Below, piece by piece: positions 36,751-49,009 of a DNA stretch of 64,000 nt (the stretch's first letter is position 1; each line of letters begins with the position of its first letter). The DNA comes from Raillietiella orientalis (Eukaryota). A program made the position numbers and the translations under genes. The stretch spans positions 434,001-498,000 of the forward strand of contig JAYWIR010000045.1 of assembly GCA_036172245.1 (NCBI GenBank), in the 5' to 3' direction. Under the pieces are notes generated by a model. That model was given only the letters and a program-made list of their open reading frames with translations, was not told the DNA's origin and made no database searches.

Positions 36751-38329
36751 ACCTCCTTCGTGAATCCGGTCTCTCGCGACTCTGAAGTCTTGTGCCATCT
36801 TCAGCTCATTGTTTCATTAATCCGTACCATGAACAACGCTCTCTACTGCTGAAACTCAAATCAGCATCCGCAGAACTTTCCGGAGACAAAGTCTAAAAAG
36901 TTCCTGGATTTTTTTTCTTCTTTACTCGTTCCAGATGCATCAAGGACATTTCTGATGCTCCCATAGTGAGTATAAGAAGGATGCTTCAATGCTTTCGAAG
37001 GAGCTTTTGGTTTCTGGAACGGAAAGAGCGTTTTTCGAAACGAGATTTCTTTCGACGCAGCTTTGCATCTCCCAATCCCTTAAGAGCAGTCATGGTCTCA
37101 TGCATCAGGTTTACGTTTGCAGCATGGATACGCTGCGAGGCGCCCCTGCCCCGAAACGGATTCCTCGTTATTGGCAAGATGCATTCGCTGTGTATTCGGT
37201 AGCTCGGTGTGTAGAACAGTCTTATTTACCATCGTAACAGCAGATACTGCAACGTCGACTATACTGCATGTGCAACGTGCAACGCTCTTAGCTGACAGCT
37301 TTCCCGAGTTTCGGAATGAAATCTACAAGAAAGTTCCGAAACTCGGGAAAGCTATCAGCCCGAAGGCATCTGAGCTCATCCGGAGGACTACACGGTGACC
37401 CTGATGAGAAAATCGGAAGCACATTCTTCCCCTCTCAACAACCAGCTCCTGACGACGGCAAACGCCTCTATGAGTTGAAGCCAAGGGACGACCAGTTATC
37501 TCCCGTCAGGTTCACAGCTACCACTATTGCTCTGAGAAAAAAAAAAGAGGAGGGAATTCTCAACGAGCGTGTGCATGTGGCTCGCCTCATTTAGCCTCGT
37601 CTGTTCACTGCCAACAGGATCGAGATCTGTGCTAGAAAGCTGGCTGGTTTCCGTTTCCTTGGAACCTTTTCCTGCTGTTCTGTCTCAGCGTGTCCAAGTG
37701 GCTGCTAAGAACTTGAGGAGGGTTCGAAAACTGGAATCACAAGCTATTAGCTACCACCCCCTGGTTACGAGATGCAATCAGTAAACATCATTGAGTGCAC
37801 ACGGCAACAGGGTATCCGGTAACGCACTTTGTGGCAACCGTATGAAGCGAATGGCTTTGAAAGACGCACACTGCTCTTGGCGACTTGGTGGCACACACTC
37901 GGTTAAAAATTAGCTACCTCCCCCACGCCAAACGCGTCCTGAGATTCGGATATCAAGACGCAGGAATATGTCAGGAACACACTGAAATCTGCAGGGGGCA
38001 GTGCTGACCGTCGGAGGTGTGCATCCGGATGGCACGCAGAGCTCCCTGGAAGGAAGGCCGAAAGCCTGAGCAACCGGTCAGGGGGCGAAAGTCACTCATT
38101 TGTCTCGGCAGTTGGTTCCCGCCGTCGCGCCGGGAACCAACCTTCTGGAAGAAGATTCGGGCTCAGAAACAAAACCTCCGACCGGAGATTGCGGGGTGGA
38201 GCGTGAAACGACGTCATCGGTGGAATGAACCGAGGCAACTGGCCGGTTGCTTCCCTATTCTTGGCAGTGCAGGCGCCACCTTTTTTCCAGCATTTCTGAG
38301 AGCCGCCGTCTAGCTGCTTGGGTTTTCCT

Positions 38330-39013
38330 TTCTTTTCTTTTTCTGGTTCGCTAAGTACTCAAGAACCAGGGGCCTCTCCGCATTAGGGGGACATCAAAGA
38401 GGCTCGCCTGCCACATGGTGGCTCACAAAGCTCTTTAAATAGTCGATAGCTACCAGCGTCTGCCCTTAGTTAGGGTGCAGCCCTGAAGGGGCCGCCCTAA
38501 CTAATCCAGGAAGGTTCCACGAAGGCTCTTAGTCTTGAGAGAAAACTCCGCAAGGGAACTGCTCTTGGTTTACTCCTCTAGAAAAATCTCGGAAGGGACG
38601 CTTCCAATTTTCTCCAAGGGGCTTTCCCCGAAGGAAGCAGCACGATTCTGGAGAGGAACTCTTTGAGAGAGGTAAACCAACTTCGTGTAAACGCTGTGGG
38701 AGGATCCCCCGGAGGCGGGAAGTCGTCTTCATTTGCACAACTGGAGGGGAGCTCCGAAGGAAACTGGTGGTGCTCCGTGATTCCTAGGAGGACCCGGGAG
38801 GGTCAACTTATAATCCTGACAAGTAAGCGGGGACATCTGGTTTCTAGTGCCTCACCCAAAGCCCGTGGGCCATCCAGAGCCACCGTCCCAGTGGACTCGA
38901 AACCCGCGACTCATTCCCCGTTCCCGGCCTCGATCCTTACCCGACTGGAGTTGGAACCTGCAGCGCTTGGTGCCACGCGCGGAGACCGCAGCTTCACGAC
39001 CGCCGATACGGGC
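38330..39013 (-). mobile_element. tRNA-headed SINE-like element with internal hairpin array, copy A (~9 units)
   Basis: Collinear with copies B and C. Minus-strand head GCCCGTATCGGCGGTCGTG...GGTTCCAACTCC, A-rich tail at the left end, and a degenerate flanking duplication TGCTTGGGTTTTCCT (38315-38329) / TGCTTGGGGGTTTCCT (39020-39035) consistent with a TSD. Confidence 0.75.
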
Positions 39014-41529
39014 TGTCGTTGCTTGGGGGTTTCCTAGGCGGTGGTCGATCCGGCTTCCGTGCGCACCGGAAAGGCACCTCGTACGACCATTGGAGGTTTC
39101 GCTGCGCGGAACATGCAGAGTGCACAGTTCATCCGCTGGTTCTCTTTCACTCGAGATCTTCCTTCTATCTCCGTGGGAAAAACGTGAGATGCATCCGCAT
39201 CGAGGGACTGCGTTGGACGGCGACGGGAAGAGCTCTCTGTCTTTCGACCTACTCTCGGGGAAATTTTCTGCTGAGAGTCGCCGCAAGAAGCGAAGGTTGC
39301 CTTCGGAAGACCTAACCTTTCCCGTTTCAGCGCATGGCTTCGAGGGGTGGAATGCGAATCTGTTGCAGAAGGATTCTTCGACCTCCTGCGAAACAGAAAG
39401 GCACGCCCACAGGGCTGTGATTTTCCGTTTCGGCGAACTCCGGGGAAGAGCTGCGGGATGCGTCGTCTGCCGAGCGCCCGGGCGACCTAGCCCAACAGGA
39501 ACGCTCGACTCGCAGGACGCAGGAGACGCGCGGACGTGGCCATAGGGCAGGAACCTGAGGCACCCCTCCGACCAGAGTGCTTTTCTCCATTCCTCCCCAG
39601 GCCCTAGTCGGCGCGCATCTTCCTCTCCGGGAAGAGGAAGATGCAGATTTTTCTACGGGATGGGGGGTGCTCCAGGGAACCTGATGTCCGATGACGCTGC
39701 CAGGAGTCCGTCAGGGCGCTCCCGTCTTTGGATTAACTGCACTGACCCGCGTACCGCCATCTTGCTGGCACTCAGGGACCGGTAAAGGGGAGGCAGCTTC
39801 ACCCGCGGAAATGCGCTGCATGATGTTCCCTAGAGCAGGAACCACTAGGGCACAGAGAGCGTGGGAACGTGCCGCGAATCCCTTTTTCCCTTAAGAAGGG
39901 CCATGGGAGATGCTGGAGCCTGCGGTTGGCCTCGCCCCCCTCCCTCGCTACTGCGCGCGGCCCGGCAGTTCCAACCGGCGCAAGACGCGCGAGTGTCCCA
40001 GGTTGAGGAAAACCCCGGTCAAATCCCCTGCAACGGCACGCCTCTTTCTTGTTGTCCGATCGGCCCCCGGGGAGTCTGGAATCGGGCGCGCCACCGCCAC
40101 CGCCCTCGGTGGCGGTGGCGGTGATTTCTGGTTCCTTTTCTCCCCTCCTCCGCTTCGGCTCAAGTTTTGGCCCTCCGTGGGGAGGGGGAACCCTTAAAGA
40201 GGGAAGATGAAAATATTTTCCTTCCTAAACAAAGGGAGTTATTTATTTATTTATTGGGGTGCGTGGTCCAGTACGTCGGAACTGGAAAAGCCCTTCCGCG
40301 TCCAACCACCGGATCCCTCAAGGCACTTACGCGCCGAGTCGTGGTCAGACTGGAAGGAGAGGTGGGAAGGAGCAGGACTCTGCTGCAGCTGGCTCGCCTG
40401 GGACCGGTAGCTAGAACCCTTCCCTCTTCCCCTGTGGCCTTCTTCCCGCTTTTCCCGAGAGCTCAGTTTCCTCGAAAATATGAGCTGCGGCGGCTCCTGG
40501 CGTGAGAGGACGCTCGTGGCTTCCGGTAGGGGCGCGAGGTGGGAAGGGTCAAAGCGCTGATCAGACCTCGGCCCCTCCTCCCCTTCCTCGCGGACGGGCG
40601 AGTTCCCCGAGGCGAAAAATACCCGGACGGGGAGCATTCCCATTCCCCAGCCGCTCTCCTCCTCCTTCCCCACCTCATTCTGGTCCATGAAACTCGCAGA
40701 GAGCGGATCCTTCCCTGTCCGGGGAGCAGCAGGAGCACCGAAGCTTCCGGTTTCTTCGGCGGCGCCCGCTTCGGGGCACGCCGAGTGTCGCGCTCCCGCG
40801 GAGGCGAGCGGAGGCTTTTCTGCTCCCCCCCTCCTCCCTACTTCCCTCCCGTTTCCGGCAGATCCGGAGAGTGGAGGAGCGCCTCCGTTGGAAAAGAAAC
40901 TCTCTCTCCTAGCCAGGGGGCTGCTGCTCAGAAGGGGGAATTTCGGGCAGGTTCAGGAGCAGAGGGAGCTGATGCTGCCTTTCCTCGTCATCTTACCCCC
41001 ACCGCGACCTCCTGCTCTCTTCTTGGAGCCTGCCCGATTCCTTCGGGTCTCATCCTGCCACCTCCCTGCAGCCAGCCGCGCGCGGGCTGAGCTCGTTCCC
41101 CAGTGGGAGCCATGCCGGGAAAAAGGCCGCTGGCATCGGGAGAGATGATCGCGTCCCCATCCCGCCAGGGGGCTTTCCCTCGAAGGGAGCGCCTCCCGGT
41201 GGCCCGGCTCCAGGGTCAACGGGGACGAGAATCCGCACTGTCACTGGAGAAGGAGCACTTGCAGGGGGGTTGTGGAGGGTCTTCAGCCCCTCCGACCGCT
41301 CCTCCCGGTGAGCTCCCGGAGGTGCTCAGCAGCAGCAGCAGCCTCTTTAGGCGCCGCGCCTTCGCAGCATTTATTGGAGGCTTGGCGGCCCGGCACGTCT
41401 CACGCTCTCGTTCCCCCCTTTCCTCACCCCTTCCCTCCTTCCCAAGCGCCATCGTGCCGTCCGTGCGTGCGCACTAGAAATCGGAAAGTAAAGCTGGAAA
41501 AAAAAAAGGAAGCGGGTAAAGGAGATTTT

Positions 41530-41650
41530 TGACGTTTTTTTTTTGGTTTCTGTTTCACCCCGTCCTGTCCTTTGTTGTTGTTGTTGTTGTTCTGCTTTGC
41601 TTTTTTGTTTTGTTTTGTTTTTTGTTTTTGTTTTTTTTTTTTTTTGCTTT
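41530..41650. repeat. T-rich (A-rich on minus) low-complexity tract downstream of the SVWC gene
   Basis: Runs of T interrupted by G, including (GTT)n and (GTTTT)n. Confidence 0.8.
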
Positions 41651-41792
41651 TTCCCCCTTCCGCACGCTCCAGGAGGGTGCGCGGGGGCGTAAACACCTCC
41701 GACGTGCAGCTGGGGTGAAGCCCACGCAGTAGACGCCGGTCCTCCAATCGCGTTTGCGCACGCAGGCGCACCAGGGCGGGCCGAGAGGCGCA

Positions 41793-42639
41793 TCACTCCT
41801 TTTTCGGGTCGCCATCACTACCCTTCTTCTTCTCGTCATCTCCCTCCTCGGCATCCTCGACCTGGGCGAAGATGGGGAACTCCAGCTTGAAACCCTCCTC
41901 GCACTCGTAGATGGGGCAGCAGTCCGGGTAGCGGGCGCTAGTGTTGGTCAGCTCCACAGACAGGTTGCATTTCGGCGTCTCCCCATCCTGCAGCTTGGGG
42001 ACCTGGATGGGCTCGGGTCCGCAGTCGCTGACCTGCACGGAGCGGTGCAAGGGGAGGGGGAATTGAGAGGGAGGAGGGGGGAGGGAAGAAACAGGGGGGG
42101 AGGGAGAGAGAAAAAACACCGTATGAAACCGGTTCGCAGGAACGCTTCCCTCCCTGCCCTCCTGAGACGCAGCCGCTGCTCTCCCCCCTCCCTTCCCGAT
42201 GCTCTCCCGTACCTGCTCGATGAAGCGAGGGGAATCCCCTTCGACGTTAGGCAGACAGGTGGCTATCCCGCAGTACGGGGTCAGGTCCCAGCTCTGGTTT
42301 GGGGAGTACAGCCTGTACTGAGTGGACGCGAAGCACTGGTCAGGGTAGTCTGGAAAGATCGCGCGTCAGCAGGAGGAGCCGCGGGGGGGGGGGTGAGGGT
42401 GAGGGTGAGGACGAGGAAGAGGAGGAGGAGGGGATGACGGACAGGAACAGAAGCAGGATAAAGGAAGATCGGAGAGAAGAACCTTCCGAATCACCTCTTA
42501 AGACGTCGGCAGGGATGATGCGAATGCCCAGAGCAGACGTGAAGATGTTCCTCGTCGAGTTCTTGGCAGCATGTTCCTCTGCCTTCTGGCCCGTGCTGAG
42601 GGACAGAGTCGCCACTAGCAGAGCGATGCACGCAAACAT
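41793..42639 (-). CDS. Secreted single-domain von Willebrand factor type C (SVWC) protein, 3 exons, 173 aa
   Basis: Exons 42639-42495, 42349-42213, 42032-41793 (GT-AG, in phase, 522 nt). Signal peptide MFACIALLVATLSLSTG; 8-Cys domain DQCFASTQY...SWDLTPYCGIATC...EQVSDCGP...PKC...TNTSARYPDCCPIYEC; acidic/basic tail. Confidence 0.9.
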
Positions 42640-44615
42640 TCCGACGAGAGGTCCGGGGGCAGAGTGGGGGAGAGAGGGGGGGGAGAGAGGAGGAGGAGGA
42701 GGAGGAGCAAAAAAAAAAAAAAAAAAAAAACAACGTCCGCACTCGCCGCACGCCAAAAACACGACCGCCCGGCTCCCGAGTGCGAGCGAAACTACGGGAG
42801 AGCGGCCGCCAGCAATTTTTTTTATAGTGACCGGCGCCGCTTAATGACGCACAGCGGATACTTTCTCTCCGGGTGCACCAGACACACAAAGTGGTCTTCG
42901 GCGGAGACTTTCGTTGTCATGCCGACGCCGGGAGTTTTCTCCTGGAAGCCGATGGAACTGTTTTCTTTCCTTTTTCTCTTTCTTTCCTTTTCCTTTCTTG
43001 CCTTCTTCCCTCCCTCCCTCCCTCCCCCTCCTCCTCCCTTCCTCACCCTTATTATCTCAGCTGCCATCTCCGATCCCCCCGCTGTCGTCATTCCGGGCCT
43101 CTTTGTCGTGTCGTCACGTCGTCGTCGCCATCGACCGTCGTTCTGTGGGCGCGCGGACCTGCCCGTGCGGGCGCAGGAGAAATTCGGCAGGCAGGAGGAC
43201 AGTCTCATCATTTACGGAGGGTGGGGGATGCGGGGCGGGAAGAGGACCCTTGGAAACGAGAGGGTGGATTGCATTCGCCCCTCACCGGGGAAGGGATGCC
43301 GTCGGTTTCGCTCCCCTGCCACCTCCTTCCTTTCCCTGGTTCCCGGATCCAGCGTCCAAGCGCGCCAGCAAAGCAGCAACAATGGAGGAACGCGTGCCGT
43401 CTCGACCAGGGTCAGGGTCGACCGCGTCCGCCTCCCGAGCGGCGGCAGAGCCACGCGATCCTCGAGGAGGCGAGTTCGGATCCCGGCTCCGGCAGGAAAA
43501 GCGGCGGTGCTGGATGGAGAGACAATGATGGCTACCCTCCACCCGCCGGGGTGATTGGAGGATACCCTCCGCTGCTCCGGCTCGGAGCCGCCCGCCTATC
43601 CTCTCCGCGGAGGACAGGTCGGGAAGACCGTGAACTCCCGCTCAGTCGCGGAGGAGACGCCTTCCAGGGGAAGGGGACTTTGTCTGCTCCCCATCGATGC
43701 GACCGAGACCTCTTGTTTCGGCCCTCCCCCCCACCCTCCGACTCCTCAGCGTCGGGACCTCTTCCCTCCCTATCCCGGCGGGCAGACTGAGGAGGGTGCA
43801 CCCCGGAGCCAACCACTGTGCTTCGGCTGACGCCGCCCTCCTTGCAAGAAGCAGTCTAAAGAACCTGCCTGCCATCCTGGGAAGCGCCGAGGAGGGAGGG
43901 AAGTGACGGGGGGATCAAAAGGGGATGAATGAACCGGAAGGGCTGCTGTCCACTCTGATACGCGATCGCCACATCGGCCTGCGACCCTGACCTTCCCCCA
44001 CCCGTCCCTTCATGTCACTCCTGCACTCTTCTCCAGGTTGTGCTCCACGAGCACCCTGGCGCGAAGCGTCCCGGTTCCACCCGCCGCCGCTCCGGTCTCC
44101 ACTGGGAGGAGAGACGCCAAGGACGCGGCGGTGGTCCTTGGCGTTCCTCCTCCGAGCTCCAGGAAGAGCACCTTCCGAGCCGTGCGGAAGAGGACGGCAC
44201 GGAAGGTAAACTTCCGGACGTGAATTTCGGGCATTCCCGGGGGGCAGTCATCAGGAAGCGGAGGTGTATGCGGCACGACGGAGCTTCCTGCTCGTCTCTG
44301 CGTCCTTTGCCTGGGAAACTTGAGGGCGAGAGGGAAGACTCATAGCCTGGAAGGCTGGAAGCCCTCAGGACCTCGGGGAGTCAGAGTCATTGCAGGTCTG
44401 CTGGAATCGAAAGCTGCGCTCTTTCTTCTCTCTCCCTTCCCCTCCCCCCTCCTCACAGCACGTTGCTGTGACGAACCCTCTCCTCGTCTCTCTCTCGGCC
44501 TTTCGGTCGCATGCGGAATTCGGATATCCTTCTCACCTCGGTCTGTCGGGGGCAGACCACGAGATGAAGACGAAGAAGAAGGCGAAGGAACAGTGGAGAG
44601 CGAGAGCGAGTGAAC

Positions 44616-44638
44616 GAGAGAGAGAGAGAGAGAGAGAG
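44616..44638. repeat. (GA)n microsatellite
   Basis: Perfect GA dinucleotide run. Confidence 0.85.
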
Positions 44639-47600
44639 GACCAAAAAAAAAGGCAAGAAAGAAAAGAAAAAACTCCTTCTCGTCGTCACTATGGCAAACC
44701 AACTGGAGTGAGTCGTTAAACTTTAATTGGAGCAACAATGGCGCCTTCCTAGAAAGTCTTCATGACTCACAGTCGCTTGCCCTCCGCGTGGAGCGACCTC
44801 TTTGTTCGAGAAGAGCTGAACCCTTTCTTCAGGAGCCGATCGCTGACCACCGATCTTGCCGGGGGAGAGAAAACGCGTGTTGCCATCTCCGAGTGGAGTC
44901 TCGCTTCGCGGATCCGCGGGAAGAGATTGGTGCGCGCTCGCCGGCAGGAGGAGCTCCAGGCGGCAAGCGGGCGTGAGGAGAAACAGAGGGAAAACACGCG
45001 CACGCGCTGCACCAACGCGCAAGGGGGGGGGGGGAAGGGAAGTAAGTAAGCGACCCGGGAGTGAAATGCTTACGAGGAAACGTGTGGAAGAAGTCGTTAT
45101 GGCAGTTTCTTACGGGACCCCTGTCCCCTTCACCAACTTCTTTCCGGTGTCGGCAGGCACGTGGCGCTCGGATCTCTGACTTTCTCCTCTCCCCCTCGAG
45201 TCCGAAACCTCCGAGTCCGTCGGGGATGGGAAATCCACGCAACGGTCAGCAGAGCAGCGGCCGGAGACGGATGGAAAAGCCGGCAGGAAGGTACCGCAGC
45301 CGCGGCCTCAAGAGGGTTCGTCCGACCGCGGAGGCGGCTGACGGGAGAGCAAACGGACGAGAGCGCGCGACGACAAAGCGTCGAAGGCTGGTGGTCCGTG
45401 ACCGCTAGACGCCGCTGCCACGAACGGAGAACCAAACCCCCGCGGCTCCGCTGCTGCTGCCTCGCGGAGGCGTCCGGCAGCCACTCGGAGCCGGGAGGCC
45501 CTCTTTCGTTCCCATGGCGACGGGGACGAGAACAGATGGGCTCGGATGGATGGCGAGCGGCAACGGGCGTCTGTTCTGACGAAAGCGCGACTTACGAAAG
45601 GGGGGGAAAAAAAAAAAAATTCCTTTCTCGGAGTTCCTTCGTGGGTCAGCAGACGCTCGCGAAGTCCGAAGATGGAAGAATTCCAGCCAGTCATCCTCCA
45701 GAGGAGCGTTGCGAAAGAGAGTGGAGGAAGGAGGAGGAACGGACTGGGCGCGCATCCCTCCTCCGCTTATTTTGTGTCCAGTCGCGCTCTGGCAGGTGAA
45801 CAGGCCGTCCGCAACGGAAGAGTTGCGTCCAAGGGAACCTTTGTGTTCCCGAAGGACGTGCCGCTCCCTCGAGAGAGAGAAAAAAAAGGAAAGAAAAAGA
45901 AAAATTCGAGGAGCTGCCGCTGCTTCCTCTCTCCCTGATCGCCGGTTCGCGGCCGTCATCGGATTCTGAGCAACGTTGTCAGAGTCGCGGAAGGGAGAAA
46001 ATTTCCAGAACCAGATGGAGGAGAAAAACAAGACAGGAGGAGGAGAGAGAAAGAGAGAGAGAGATTTGCTGGACCGCTCGCTTTCATTTTTCTTCTTTTC
46101 TTCGGACTCGCGGGACCCACAGCCTCTTTCGAGCCGGAGGGGAGCTGGGAGGGGTAGAGAGGAGGATTGTTTTGCGGGGAGGGAACTGATTTCGGGGGGA
46201 TCGGAGGACCAGAGACCTCCGAAGGGACCGATCCATCCTCAGGGATTATCTCCGGAGATGTAGCTGGCGATAAGCGAAAGACAACAATTCCATTGTTTAC
46301 AACAATAGTGAGGGATATCCTGGTCCTCCTTCCCTCCGCCTGGAAGTGTTTACGTGGTTGCGCGCCCGCGCGCCTAACACGCCGCGCGCGGAGGGAAATC
46401 CCGAGAAAGCGGCTGCCTGCTCCGGAGAGCACCCCCTGACGCGCGTTCCGGAATAAAGTGCGCGCGCGCGCGCAGGCGTGACCATCGCTCAAGAGTCACG
46501 TGCAGGCGTGGACGACGGAGGAGGGAGAGCGGCGCATGCGTGCCGCGCGGCCCAGTCCGTCCATACCCGGAACCCGCAGCGAACCCAGGTGCCGGGACAA
46601 AAAACTCGCAGCGCCACGGTGCCAGCACCCTGGAGCCTTCCCTCTTCCCTCCTCTCCCTGACCCCCCCCCCCTTTTTTTTTTTGAGGTCTTCCCCCGGGA
46701 ACTACCCACCCACGCTGCCAGCAGAGAGAGGGGAAAACGCTCCGCGGATGATGAGAGTGCGGCGCCGCCGCCTCCGGTCAGAGGCTGTCCCGAAGCACTG
46801 CAGCCAGACAAAACACAGAAATGAAGGGGAAAAGGAAGTTGCGGTGAGGATGCAAGGAAGCGGATCTTTCCCACTACAAGGAGGTGAATGTGGGTCAGTG
46901 GAACTGGTGTCTCGGAGGAGAGAGGGGGAAAGGGAGAAGAAAAAGGGAGACGAGGGACCAGAAAAGCGCGTGGCGCAGATAGGAGGTTGCCTCGATTGCA
47001 CGCGCACTCCCAGTTGGGAGGGACGAAGGTCCCTCCCCACCCAACCCACCCCCCAAAAATGGGGTAAATGAAAGAAATGTCTCTAGAATAGTTTTTTTCC
47101 CCTCGTCATCAGGCAGGACGGTTCTCGGAAGCTGGACCGAAGCCACGGCCGTTCCGAAATGTCCCCTTCCAGGGGTGGTGCGCTGGTGCAGCTTCGAAAA
47201 GGAAAAAGAAAAAAAGAAAAAACCACGCGGCTTCGACCTCGGAGTTGATGGCGGCCCAGTTGAGGCGGCAGGCAGCGAGCGTCGCCAAGCGACGAAATGT
47301 CCTGCAGGCCAGCAAGGCAGTCGGCAACTCACGCGCAACCGGGTCTTTCTTTTCTCTTCCCATTTGGTTTCGCTTCATCTTTGGAGGAGGCGAAGCGGAG
47401 AGAGAGATCCGTTGCCAGGAAAGTGGACCGGTGCGGCACCGAGAGAAAATCGGCAGAGGCGAGGCGAGCGGCCGGGAGATTAGATCTCCTGCGGAGATCG
47501 GGAGGGAGAGAGATGGAGGGAAGGGGGGGGAGAGTGGACAGGGAGAAGAGAGATCGGGGAAGAAGAAGAGGAGGAGGAGGAGAAAAGAGAGAGAGAGCTC

Positions 47601-48846
47601 CGAGTGGTGGTGTCTCCCGGGAGTTTCCCGTTCCTGTCAGCGTCCGGAACCCAGCTGCCGCCACCTACTGCTTTCCTTTCGGTTCATCATTGCGGGCAAG
47701 ACAAAGGAGCCACACGCGCTCCGCATTTTTCCGCTGCAACGCGGCGCGGGAGGGTTGCCAGAAAGAACAAAGCGAGACGGCGGCAAGGAAGAAGGAGGGG
47801 GAAGGGGGAGGGGGGGAAATGGACGAAAGGGTTGTTTCAAAATAGGAAGGCGCCGCCGCCTCATCCCGCGGAGAAAAATCTCAGAGGCTGCTGATTCCGC
47901 ATGGAAAGCGAGGCTTCCTTGCCTACCGCGACCGGCCGAGCGAATCACAAAAGGAATATTAATGGCTGGAGGCCACCAGGTTGCGCTCCAGTGGATCAGA
48001 GAGCGGTTCGGTGGGCAGCCAATCGTCGCCGCGCTGTCCTCGGACGGCAGCTGGTGTTTTCCTCCTGGCCGAAGCTCCTTGCAGTCAACCGGAGGTTTTT
48101 TTTTTTTGTTTCGTCTTCGTTGTTGTTGTTGCTTTATTCCATCCCTTCCTTCCCCCCATCTCTCTCTGCCCTTCCGAAGAAACGCAGGCCATGCCGACTT
48201 GCGCGACGCACGAGTCGGGCAGGCTCGGTCGCGCTGGCCCTCGACCCTTCGCCTACCTGGAAGCCCCGCCGCCGCCGGCTCGCGCTCGCTCGTTGGCCGC
48301 CGCCTCCGAGAGACGCAACCAGACCGGCCGAAAAGGCTGCAGTGGTATCCCCGTTTAGAGAGCTACTTCTCGCGGACGGGGCGAGAGGACCGGGGTCGAT
48401 AGCCACGACTTGACCGGCGTCTTCCGAACTCCCTTCTGCAGCCCGCTCGATCATTTTGCAGTCCGCAGCAAGCTGTGCCCTATCCCCTTTATCTCCTCTC
48501 CTCCTTTTTGTTGCTGCCCATATGGAATGGAGGGTGGAGTGGGGTGAAGGGAGACCCAGACGAATGATCGCGATCAAAGGGCGGATGATGCGAGGGAAAG
48601 GGTGGTGGTCCTCCTGCCATAGGCAGGTGGTGAGGAAGGGGTTGGAACGCTCTGCTGAGGGATGAGGATTCAGGGGTATTCGTACCAGGACCCCGACAAA
48701 AGGAAATCCAACAGCCCCAGGAGCAACGCAAGAAGCCTCTGGAGAGCGTCGAGACAAGCTCCTACAGTCGTAAGAAGCGGTCCTCATTCTGGCGGACAGC
48801 AACTCCAGAACTGAAGTCATAGACGACGACGACGACGGAGGCGGCA

Positions 48847-48950
48847 ATGGGACGAACGGAGCAGACTGCACTCAAGAAGAGCACGGGCGGAAAGGGTACG
48901 AGAAAGCAACGAAAGCAGCACGCAAGAGCACTTCAGCCATAGGTGTGGCT
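48847..48950 (+). pseudogene. H3: Histone H3 pseudogene, 5' part
   Basis: MGRTEQTALKKSTGGKGTRKQ then (frameshift) TKAARKSTSAIG, versus [34 protein letters not shown]. Confidence 0.85.
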
Positions 48951-49009
48951 GGATCCAGGGATGATAAAAATCCTTTGTGTTCGTTTGCTGTCGCTGCTTT
49001 CCTTCCAGA

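Noticed and set aside
37400..37470. Hammerhead ribozyme at CTGATGAG (also checked by eye near 2745, 11235, 47106, 54622)
   Set aside because: No stem II followed by GAAA and no closing stems were found.
38478..38493. Histone mRNA 3' stem-loop (GGCCCCTTCAGGGCTG on the minus strand)
   Set aside because: It is two bases shorter between the CCC and GGG arms than GGCCCTTTTCAGGGCC, lacks the conserved flanks, and belongs to the SINE array.
44037..44205. Possible internal exon (CTCCAG acceptor, AG/GTAAAC donor)
   Set aside because: All three frames are open but uninformative, and no partner exons were identified.
42664..48871. Long overlapping ORFs (e.g. 42664-43554, 42873-43790, 47245-48402, 48134-48871)
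   Set aside because: These are low-complexity Arg/Gly/Pro/Ser translations in several frames on both strands, crossing homopolymer runs. That is expected from stop-codon scarcity in GC-rich DNA, and no domain is recognisable.
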